Assembly (NCBI RefSeq): GCF_000002075.1
Contig: NW_004797392.1
Span: forward strand, 1,236,306-1,300,305
DNA from: Aplysia californica
Taxonomy: Eukaryota
Reading direction: 5' to 3'
DNA length: 64,000 nt
Shown here: positions 37,101-49,100 of the stretch, in pieces
Numbering within the stretch: the first letter of the stretch is position 1
Layout: every line of letters begins with the position of its first letter
Notes under the pieces: model-generated
Databases searched by the model: none
The model's input: only the letters and a program-made list of their open reading frames with translations
Told to the model about the DNA's origin: nothing
Translations under genes and position numbers: made by a program

Positions 37101-40100
37101 TCTAGGAATGAACATAAAGGAAAGAAGCATGAAATGTTGATTTTAAACGAGTTTTCTTACTCAGATACGAACTCGGCCTCAGCCCACATTGCCAGCCAAC
37201 AACACAGCCAGTGGTGTAGCCTGGGCTTCATCCGTAGCCTGGCCACCAGCCCCGTCATGTGTCGCGCCCTCTCCTCCCCGCGCTGGCTGGGCCTGCTGCT
37301 GCGCATCCTGGAGGAGGACCACGGCTCCAAGTACTCCAAGAACATCTACAGACAGGTGGGCTTTTGCAACAGTTTTACATTGTTATGCATTACTGTTATG
37401 CATTTCTTTATTTTTCTAATTTTTTTTTTTGGTCCAAAATTTTGCATGTCAATGGAAAGTGTTCATAACTGGATTATTTTTAAGTTTGGGGCGATATGCA
37501 AGCTACAATCAAAGACTGTATTATGTAGTGGTTTGTTGATTCAGCATTGAACATATTATTATGTGTAACATCCCTGTCCTGAGTTAAGCTTTTTTCCATT
37601 TTGTCTTAAGAAAGAACTTCATTGACCAAACTATATTCTTTTCAGATCCTGATTTTAAAGCTGCTTCGAGCAGTGCTACCTTCTTGGGACCACTACATGG
37701 ATAGAAGCCGAGTGACAAGTCTTGTGGAGCGATTGTTCTCCATCTTGGGCAGTGTCCTCATCGGCTGTGCCACTGACATGACACTGACGTCAACTCGTAA
37801 GTTGAACATTTACACGAGGTCATTTGTGGTGTAGGAGTAAGGGGCTTGGCCATCGCATGCAAGATACACGAGTTCGGTTCTTGAGGCGAGAAAATTTTTA
37901 GAGTGTATCTCGTGGTTTTTCTACTGGGATATAGTATCGCTCTCAGCCCAGGTTAGCCCAATAGGTAGGGTCGAAGCCCATCTCCTAAGTGATCTGACTT
38001 GTGCTGATGTGGGGCATAAAAACGGAAAAAACATTTTTTTCAATTGTATTTATTTAGCACAGGGATGAGCTTTTTTTTTTCTTTGTTTCTTTCTTTTTTT
38101 TCTTTTTTTTGTGCATTGCTGGCTTGGATAATGCTTGAATGTAATATAAACAATAATCTTATTAAAGAGCTCTGAGACTGAAAAAAAAAGAAGTTTATTC
38201 CCTATGATAAGTCGGGGTGCTTTTAGTCTCGTATAAATGAGGAAAAGTTGAAATTTGAATTTGGCCTGCTGAATGTTGCAATCTTTAGGTTTTCCTTTTC
38301 TCTGCACATGATCTCTCCGTGAATGATTGATGATGATTACTATTTGATAGGTCCTATTTCTTGTCCTCAATATTGATGTATCATGGTCTCTTTTACATTA
38401 CTCTCTTCTTTGCTGCACTTGAACTATTTTGTGTCCTATATGAATTTGTAGCATTAGTACAGATCACATATGTTTTATGGCGCTCTCATATAACCTTATG
38501 CAGTTGTAAGCGCCGTAAAACTCATACTAAAACATATGTTTTATTTCCATTACTATCTTAATGTCTTATCGTGTCTAATCTTGCCTTGTTGGCAGTTGAT
38601 GAGGGCTCGGGTGTGGTTTGCTCCTTCTTTTCTTTAGAATCTCTTGTTTTATTCTCTCCTCCTTTTCTTTGTATGTTACTCTCTTGTAACACCTAATCTT
38701 TGGTTGGCACTTTTATGACCTATTTGTGTTGCAAGTGCTGTAAAACTTTCAAAAACTAAACTGACCTCAACTTTTAACCCCCCCCCCAGGGCAGTGCTAC
38801 TGATTGAAGTGTCTTTAGGCCATTCTTAAAGGGGGGATATTAACATGTTCTGCACAGTAGAATTGTAAATGGACTGATTTTTCAATGTCATGCTTGTACT
38901 GTGCAAGAACTACTTAAGAGGAACTGCTGCTTTTTCTTTCCTCATCCTTACTATCGTCACTTTTTCCTCCACTTCTTTTGTATGTTTGTCACGCTTGTGA
39001 ACTGCTATTTCCGGGGTGCCTTGTTAGACTTTGTGCTGTTGAGGCTAGAGAGGTGAGCAGAGTAAGCCTGATTCCCCGTTTGGACTTCTCTGTTGACATC
39101 CACCCCTTGGCGCTCATATGACCTTATACAGTTGCGAGCGCCGTAAAACCTTACTAAGTGGGCAGTTGTCGGGTGCTCTAGTGTGGTTTGCTTTTTCTTT
39201 CCTATCAAACATCTTTATCTCCCCTCCTTCTTTTTCGTATTTGTTACTCTCTTGTAACACCTACTCTTCGGCACTTTTATGACCTTATTGTGTTACAAGT
39301 GCCGTAAAACACTTACTAAAACAAACAAACCTTACTAAAACAAACATTACCTTTTAATCCTGTTTAGTGGAGGCTGGCCAGGAGAAGAAGCACAGTGTCC
39401 CGGTGAGCATGACTGCCACCTACACCAGCACTATGGCGGAGGAAGTCATCGCTCTGATTCGCCGACTGCACACACTGCCTGTGTGGAACGCTTCCATCAA
39501 CCGCTACATCGCAGGACAGCTGCCCAGCATTGTGTCGCTCCTGGCAGAGAGGAGAACCCACCATGTATGTTATGCTGCTCGTTATGATACGGTGTTGTTC
39601 AGTTCTACGCTCTATGTGAGGGCACTCTGTTCACTCAGTTGATATAATTTTGGATTACAGAGCAAATGTGCCTGTTTGGAATTCCAGACTGGGCGTTCTT
39701 GAACTTCTCTTTTTTGGTCGCGTTTTACTCAATTCAACTGATCTTGTGGGTGGTTGGCGGGTGCTCTGGTGTGGTTTGCTTCTCCTTTCCTTTGAAACAA
39801 CTATCCTCCTTATCTCTCCTCCTTGTTTGGGACTTCCTACTTCCTCCTAACACCTCTAATTTTCTGTTCTTTTATGATCTAAATGTGTTGCAAGTGGCAT
39901 AAAACTATTACTGAAACAGAAACAACTTATCTTGACTGTTTTCACCTTCCAGATTGAACTAGAGGAAGAGAGTAACCAGACGGCGCTCATGATGGCGGTG
40001 CTGTCGGTCATTGGTGGGGTGGACTGTCGTCTACGCCTGGGCTCCCTGGTGAGACATGAAGAGCTGGGTCTGGGAACAGTCTGCAGGATCACGGCGAAGG

Positions 40101-43100
40101 GCAAGCTACAAGTGCAGTTTCACACCGGCTCTGCCAGGTTGTGCCGTCTCTCGGAGCTCACAGGGGTAAGACAAAGCCTAGGATTACTTTGTTAATGGAA
40201 CACTTTAAAAATCTTTTTTTGAGTAATGCTTGGTAAAAAGTATGTCATGGGTCTTTTCTCCTCCATTTCAAATTTCTTGTAGCAGGGATACATACTGATA
40301 CTGACTGAAGAATGGATGAATTTTTATAGGCATATTTTCTTCTTATGTTTTCCTTTTCATTCATTCTTAAAACTTTTGATTGTTGAAATATGGAAGGCTT
40401 ACAACCCTTTAATTTCTAAAAGGCAGTCATTACTCTTTTTAATGTGATGTTGACATTATTTTGCTCGATGTAGTAAGTTAACAATATTTTAGCTAAATTA
40501 AGTTTTACTTTGTATAGCTCATTTTTTCGGAAAGTTTACAGAATTCCCAAATCTGAAATCATCGGATTTACTTATTTCATTATATGAGAACATATCATCT
40601 TGTCTTCAACACCCCACGTCAAGTAAAATCTGTTCACTTCAGGACATATTACTAGTCAAAAAATTGTCTTATCTGCCTTTTTCTCTTTATATGTTGTTGT
40701 TTTTTTTCTCCCGCGTATGTGTCCAGGTTCCTCTTGTTGAGTTCCATGTGGAGAAGATGCCCCTGAGTGATGAGACACTCTCCCATTGGGCACTGCTGTG
40801 CAGCCTGGCCTGTTCGGCCGTGCGGACTGACAGAGACAAGGACGCCATGCCCCGGGCCCCTCTGGCCACCAGCACCGGCAGCATTGACTCTCTAGGTGAG
40901 GAGCTGGTTTAGTTTAGTGGAAGTTAGAGTTTTACAGCACTTGCAACACAATTAGGTCATATAAACGCCGAAGATTAGAGGTGTTAGTGGGTGGTTGGCG
41001 GGTGGTCTGGTATGGTTTGCTTCTTCTTTCCTATCAGACATCTATCGTGCTTATCTCCCCTTCTTCTTTTTTATGTTTGTTACTCTCTTGTAACACCTCT
41101 AATCTTCTGGCGCTCAAATGACCTTGTGCAGTTGCGAGCGCCGTAAAACCTCTACTAAAACTAAAAGAGGTGTTACTTGATAGTAACCTACATACAAATG
41201 GAAAAAGGGGGAGAGATAAGGACAGGAGGCTAGTGCTTGAGTAGGGGTTTCTCTGTGGGTGTTTGATTGGTGCTCTGATGTGGTTTGCTTCTTATTTCCT
41301 ATCAAATATATATCGTCCTAATCTCTCCTTCTTCTTTTCTTTGTATGTTACTCTAATAGCACTTCTAATCTTCGGCACTTCAATGACCTATATGTGATGC
41401 AAATGCTGTAGAACTCTTACTAAGATAATAATAAAAAGGTTCCTCTTCCACTGCCTGCCGCTGTGTCCCCTCACAGTAAAAGAAAGTAATAGAACAGAAA
41501 ATATGCACAACTATTGGGTTAGATAATATTTTTAGCCTCATTTTGCTGTTGTCTTTTAACCACTCCAGTCATGGCTGGTACAGAAAAACCAAGGAGCAGG
41601 ATTGATGTGCCGATAGCTTTGTTAACGATGAACAGTGGTCAGTTGTACAGGCTATTGTCTCGGACAGGTTAACATCAGGGCAGGTTTAACTGTATTTGCC
41701 TTGTTTTGTTTTCATGGTGAACAAAGACACAAAACTGACTTGTCATTTAATGTTCCTCCTTTAATCTTCTATTCAGGCAACCATCTGACTTTCAAAGAGC
41801 TTCGGAAGCAGTACATCCGCCTGTGCCTACTGCGCGCCATGGCGAAGCTGTTCAGCCGACAGGACGTACTGCGCCAGATCTTGTCACAGAGCATCCCGGC
41901 CTCCGTGAGCGAGTCGTTTGGAGCCCCCTTGGAGGCCTCGGCTCCACCACCGGCGGAGGAGGAAGGGGGAGGGGACGGCCCGTCCCGTGTGGTGTTGATG
42001 CAGCAGCTGCTGATGACGGCCACTCAGCCCTCTCCGCTGAAAGCTGTCTTCTCAGTTGATGAACTGGAAGTATGTGGAAAAAGAAAAGAAATAAGAAGTC
42101 TTTTTTTTTGTTGTTGAAATGTGACCATGGACTGGCAGAGATTTCTGTGGCTATGCACGGACAGAGATTTCTGAGACTATGCTTTTCTTTCGTTGCAACA
42201 GTTTTCAGCATTACTGTTATGCTCATCTGTTCCTTGTTGTGATGGAAAAAAAAAAGCCTTCTGATCCTGGTGAAAGAAATGTGAGGCATTGTGGTGAAAT
42301 CAGGCACTCGTCAAAATATATGAAATCGAAAATATTGGCATTTTTCTGCCAGTTTGACAATTTTTGTAGAATTTTTGTTAGTTAGCTCAACACCTTTTGT
42401 GTCTGTTTAAAAACACTTGAGCTTGACTTAATCTTTTTTTTACTTATCATATGAACCTTTTCAGGGGGCCGGACTTGCAGCCTGCCAACACCTGACCTCA
42501 GAACTGGGTCAGCAACCAGGGGATATGGCTGGTGAAGAAAGCACGGACGAAGACGACGACACCGACTTGGCTGGCATTCCCGTCCTCGGAGCTGTGGTGG
42601 GCGGGGCTGGCGCAGCAACCAACCTCAACCCGGCTTACACAGCCCCACCCCCGCAGAGCTTGATAGTTGCCCGGCTACAGAAGCTTCGCAGGCTGAAGCC
42701 GCCCCAGCCGTTGCCGTCCCCCATTGTGGTGCAGCTGGTGGAGATGGGGTTTCCGCGGCGACGGGTGGAGCAGGCAGTCAAATCATTGGGTTTGTCATTT
42801 TTCTATCACTTTGGGGTTGTTGTTTTTTTTAATGACTCTGTCAAGTTGCAAAATATTACCACAATCGTATAAATTCCTCACAAAAATGCACCATGACAAT
42901 CAGTTAAAGCTCATATAGAAGAGAGATGTGTATTTAAATATATGTATCTGTCTCTCTCTCATGACCGGTATCTGTGGTGTAATGGTTAAGCAATTCATTG
43001 TTTCACACAAAAGACCTGAGCTTGAGTTTGATTCCCATGTGGGAAGAATTTTTATCGAGTATCTCGATCTTTCTGCTGGAACATTGTACCCCTTTCTGCA

Positions 43101-46100
43101 CCGGTTGGCTGTGACAGGTAGGCTAAAACAGCACCTGGACATGGATGGCTGGTGCCTCTATAAATAAATCATTGATGGTCTGGTCTGGCTGTGACAGGTA
43201 GGGTTGAACCCGCCTCCTAATTGATCTAAATTGTATTGATGAAAGTGTAAAAACTCCTATATTTAAGAAGAAATAATTAATTCTAATTCTTTCTCAGGAG
43301 GTGGCTTGCTCCCAGGCAATGATACCCCGACAGTAGAGGCTCTGGTCAGCTGGCTGCTGGAGCACCCAAGCCCCGGCCAAGAGGACTCGGACACAGACAT
43401 GGCCTCCTCGGAAGAAGGTCTCTCCGACAGTGACTCGGGCTCTGAGGGTTATGATGAGCTGGAAGCTTTTGAGGTAGGCTGTGTGGAAGACTCAAGTGTG
43501 TTGTAATAAGTGTGTGTGTGTGTGTTTGTATATTTATATGCCAGGGAAACATTTCTTACTGTCTTCCCGAGTTCCATAATGTACAATGAAGGAGGGATTT
43601 ATTTTTTTATAAGTAAGAAAAGAATATTAATGAGTCCCACCATGTATGTTGAAGAAAGGATTAAGTGTATAAGAAGATATTTGTTGAAAGTTGTGTTTTA
43701 ACATTCATCGTTGCAGCATCATTAATTGCATAGTTTTAGCCTCACGGTTCATATACTGAAAATGGGCCCAAATAAGACTAAAGTAACACTGAGTTAGGAT
43801 TTTAGAGTTTCATCGTATCTATTAATTTATACACTATTTTCACTGACATGCAACCTGATTTTCGCTCACCTTATTTTGTATCTGTTGGGTTCCTGTTGTG
43901 TTTGTATTGATAAATAGGTACAGAAGCAGATCTGTTATAATTATATACAAACCTAGAAAGTAGGCTCAAACGTTTTCACTTTTGTTCACGTTTTTCTGTG
44001 TATTTTTTTTTTGCTAAGACTCCAGCACCAGAACCTGTTGCTGTCCCCACTGGGTCAGAATTCAAGAAGAGAAGTGACTTCACTAACACAGACGACTACG
44101 CCATATATGTCAAGCAGAAGATCCAGATCGGCATGATGGTGCGCTGCTGTAGGACCTACGAGGAAGTTCATCAGGGAGATATTGGTAAAGTCACAAAGGT
44201 ATGTCTAAGTGCTCTACTTTTGGTTTTGTTGTGCTGATTTGGGGAGTGGGAAGCCTTACCTGTTTCCCTCTCAAACCAAGTGCTATGTTTTGACAGGCAT
44301 TCGTACAGGTTATCTCTGTTGATGTGATAACTGACTAAGACAATGATTAGTAGCCACAGCACTTCTGTATTTCGCTGATCTGGTGAGTTTTTAGGCTCCC
44401 CCTGATACTGTTATATTGGAGTATAAAGTTAATTTGTAAATTATATGTAGGAACAGTTGTGATTGCTTGTGGATAAATTATTTAATGTGTTCTCGTTCTC
44501 AGTGAGTGTGCTGTATTTTTTAGTATTTATTCAGAGTACTTTTGTGTGTTTCACAGCTTGACCAAGACGGACTTCATGAGTTGAATGTACAGGCGTACTG
44601 GCAGCGCAAGGGCGGGACCTACTGGGTGCGCTACATCCATGTGGAGCTTCTGGGTTTCACAAACACGGCTGTTGGTGAGTTGACTCTCCATAGGTGCATA
44701 TATCTTCCCACCTGGTCTTGGGCTCTTATGAAAAAAAATTTATATAAAATACACCAGCCACACTAATTTTATAAATTCGTAAGTTCAAAATCCTGAAAAT
44801 CCAGCTCTGTCATTTGTCATGTTTTCAGGAATATTGAACGCTGCCATCATTTAAATGTTAAGGTTTATGTAGTATGTGGTTTATTCTACATAGTGACACA
44901 AAGGTCAACACCGCCAGGATTAGATATACAAATGATGACTAAAATGGTGAACAGTTGCGTACTTCCTTAACGTAAAGAAAACGATGTACCCAATAGTATT
45001 TGGGTGGTTAAAGGATGTGAAAATACTATCTTAGATTCCATTTTGTGCACAGTTTTCATTATTCCTTAATTTTAATACTGAAATAGAAATTAGATTCCAG
45101 TCTATTCTCATTAATTGTTTTAACCAACGTTTATCATTCAGCTTTTCTAAATGCTATACACAACAAAGGAATACACCGTTTGTATAATGGTTTACTTATT
45201 TGAATTAAAATGATGATTTGAAAGAGAGCCTCAATGAATGCCATCAACTCTTCCTTTGACATGTATGGTATTTATTATTCTGAACTGTTCCCTCTTCCCC
45301 CAGATAAAGGTCAGACCATTAAGGTTGGTGATAAGGTGCGAGTGAAACCCTCGGTGACAAAGCCTACTTACAAGTGGGGCTCAGTGACCCATTCCAGCAT
45401 TGGGACAGTGACAGGTAAGTCTGAATGCTGGAATGTTCTTCACCCTATCCGTACGCCCTGGGGTCATTTTGTACCCCTGGGGTTGTCTTCTTCACATTTT
45501 AGAATACTTCTAGTACTAAGATCTCTTTGAAACTTTCAGTATTTCCAAAAAATCATTTTGATAGACTGCTATGCAAAGCATACGGATGGGATTAACGAGT
45601 AAATTTCCTCTTTGGAAGGTGGTGGCACAGAGTTCCCCATGTCGTATGGGTACAATAGTAAAACAGAACGTACAGATAGGGTTAAACACTGTCAAACCTG
45701 CTACAATAACCAACTGACCAGGACAATCATCTATACCAACGACGTGTTCCCACATTACCTCTTGCACTTTTTTTTTTCACTGTTAAAATGATACTGTCCC
45801 ATACATCCATTTGTCTTGGACAAGCACTTCCATCATCAACAATGGGTGGCCGTCTTAGACAATTTCAACTGTAAATTTTTCTTAAAATGCTATATGCTGT
45901 TCTTTGATAACTCCACTGTGAGTGTGTTCGGAGAACAGGTTTGAATGTCAGTTGATATCTATTTCATTGCTGTGCTGAATTACAGTTACATCCTTTTTAA
46001 CTCTTTCAGTACATGAGGGATGCCAAAGTTTTATTGCCCCCAATTTGAGGCGGCAAAGGGTATTACCTTAAAGCAGCTTTAATTCAGTCAAATATTGATG

Positions 46101-49100
46101 GATTTGTTTGTGTGGACACTCATCTATTTGTTATTGGACGGGAAATCACAATATGGGTGAAAATGGGCAGTGAATGTTTTGACAAAAACAGTTCCCCAAC
46201 ATGGCACTGAAGTAATGATCTGCTAAAGTACAGAATTTTAAAAAAAAACGCCACTTAAATGGCAACGTGGAGTCATTGAGTTAATGCAGAATGTCAATGG
46301 CAGGGTTGAAATGGAGGGAATGGAGAAATTGGGAGATGACGTTTGTTGATTGTTGTGGTTGTACTTGCATCCAACTACGTCCTCAAAGAGCCTAAGATGA
46401 CTACTCCCAGTCATTGTAAGGTTTGTATATACAGGAAGGACATTTCAACTGCTTGCCATAAGATTCTGCCATACGCCATATTGAAAAGTGGCATAGGTCG
46501 GAGTATTACATTGAGCAGTCGATTTGTTGATGGGCTTTCAATCAATATGAAGTAAAGGGCTGTCAAGCGTTCATTGATATGAACATATAAATTCTTTTTT
46601 CAGCTAGAATTTTTGCTAATTTCTTACTGGGTTTTTTTTCTGTTGAAGTGAGAAGTTTGAAAAAGTTTTAGTCTAATGACACACCAGATGACACACCTTT
46701 TTCGTGTTGTTAAGAATAATGATCTCAGAAATTTTACTTCAAGACGTTTATTTTTTTAATGATGATAATAATGACATCACATTCCAATTGTCATGATATG
46801 GTCTGTCCCCAGCAATCATCCCAAATGGCCGTGACATCACAGTGGACTTTCCACAACAGTCCCACTGGACAGGGGTCATCTCAGAGATGGAGCTGGTGCC
46901 CAGTACACATCCTCAGATCTCGTAAGTGTTCTTTTTTTCTGAGTCCCCCGAAACACTTTACTGACATATACTGTGAAGTCTGCTTGAACCGAAATCTGCA
47001 GAGCCATCAAATTTTCTTCGATTAAGCTACGTTTTCGGTTTAGAGAAGTTGCTCAAATAATAGACAAAAAATCGAGGATATTATTTTCTTGTGATTTACT
47101 GCTGATTTTAGATTGTGTTCGATTTCGGTGGAATCAACTGTGTGATATACTAATGTCCCAAGGGAGAAATTCTTAGGCGACTGGATTGAAAATGACGACA
47201 ATCTCTATTTCCTTTCTTGTTAGGAAGCTAGGAGGGTTCTTTCTTTTGTTTCTTATTCCTTCAGTTTAACCTTGAAAGATAACAGCTGAAAATGAGCTCT
47301 GCTCTTATTGACAGGTGACACAGTTGCAGATTAATTTCATGCCCTGTGACATGATTTTTGGCATTTCATTATAGAAACAGATTTCTAATAAACTTTGAGC
47401 TGCAAAACTTTCCCTACAAATGATAAATGAATATTACATGTCAGAAAAATTGATGAGCTTGCCTCTATTTAAAGCTTCATTTTATTTTATGTTGAAATAG
47501 ACAATAGAAGTATTGATAATTGGCTAAGAAATGTCGTGAAATATGAGCCAGTGGTTTTTGTCTTTTGAATGTAGTACATTTCTATTTCCTGTACCTGATG
47601 TTTCAAAGCTTAGTATGTAGTTGCTTCTATTTAGTAAAATTTATGATTTTTTTAAAGTACTCAAATACTAACTTTTTCCTGATTATTGTTGTAGTTGTTT
47701 TTTTAGTCACATGCTTAGTGTACTGGTTATTAACTAAACAAAGAGGAAGATACAGATTGTTTGCCTTATGGTTTCAGGTGTTTTTATGATGACGTAATGA
47801 GACTTCAACTTGTTTGATTGCTTTTGCCTTTACAGAGGTGGATTAGTAAATCAGTGAGCAAACATCTGTCATTCTGATGTGCTTAATATTAGTTGTATAT
47901 TTCCCTTTTGAACATTCACACTTTCAGAGAGGTTTTGTTTTTCGGGGGGGGTTTTTTAGGTTTTCTTTTTTTGGGTGGGAGTGTGATTACCTCCTTTATG
48001 TATGTACAGTGTCATGTCTTTCAAGTCAAAAATATTTTGAGAAAAAAACTCCTTTCTCTTTGTCTTTTAGATGTTCTGGCTGTTATATGAACCCCATCAC
48101 TGGACCAAGATTCCATTGCCAGACCTGTGACGACTTCGATCTCTGTGAGAACTGCTTCAAGATCAGCCGCTCCCACAAACATCCATTCAACAGGTTGCAA
48201 GAACCAGGTATTATTTTGAGGGCTTTTTTGTAATATGCTTACCTTATCTGCACAGTTTGTTGTGAGCAGATAATTGAAGATCATACAGCGTTCAAGTTTA
48301 TAATTGTTAAGTGTCTGAATATAAGCAGTAAACTCATTATGAAATATTCATTTGATTACCAGCATCAGTGTGTTTGTGCATGGATTTGATTTCTTTCCAA
48401 TTGTATTTGTATAAGTTTTTGTGGTTACGGTGTGACCTAAATGAATCTGACTTTGCATCGGGTAGGATAGATTTTTTTGTTCCTAATAAATAATGATATG
48501 TATGTGCAGTTTTTAACTTCTTATGTGGTAACATTGCATTTGGTCTTCAGTATTGTTGAAAACCTGGCCAATGCCAGAAACCTGTATCACAATAAACCCA
48601 CGATATCTTAGTCCATGGCTGAACACCAAAAAGTTAAGACATATTTGGCAATGTGTCATAAGAACATTACAGAGTAAATGTATTTATAAATCATAAATAT
48701 GAAATACCCTTCTCAAAACAAAAACATTTTTGAATCTTGTCTCTTCTTTAAAAATGTACGGGTGGTTTTCTCAGAATGCTTTTCTTGAACTTAAGGTCAA
48801 ATTGAAATGTAATTTGCTGGCCAGTGTATGTCATATCCAAGGTGAATACTGAATTTTGTGTCCTTTTCTCAGGGAGTGACCCTTGCTTTGCGGGAAAACC
48901 CGGCCGCCACAACCGGCCAAGCCAGCCCCTGAGTGCACGCGGCTCCTCCGTCAACAGCTGGCAGGCTTGTGTGAAAAATCTGACAGTGTCCTCACGTGAG
49001 GACCAGGCTCACAGCCTCTATGATGGTCAGGGACACTTCTGGCAGAGTCACGGGACACAAGGAAAGGTGACCAAAAGAGAAAAAAAAGAACTCATTATTG

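Noticed and set aside
40987-41060. HDV-like ribozyme at the family A 5' end
   Set aside because: The G-rich fixed start is suggestive, but I could not fold the nested P1-P4 pseudoknot.
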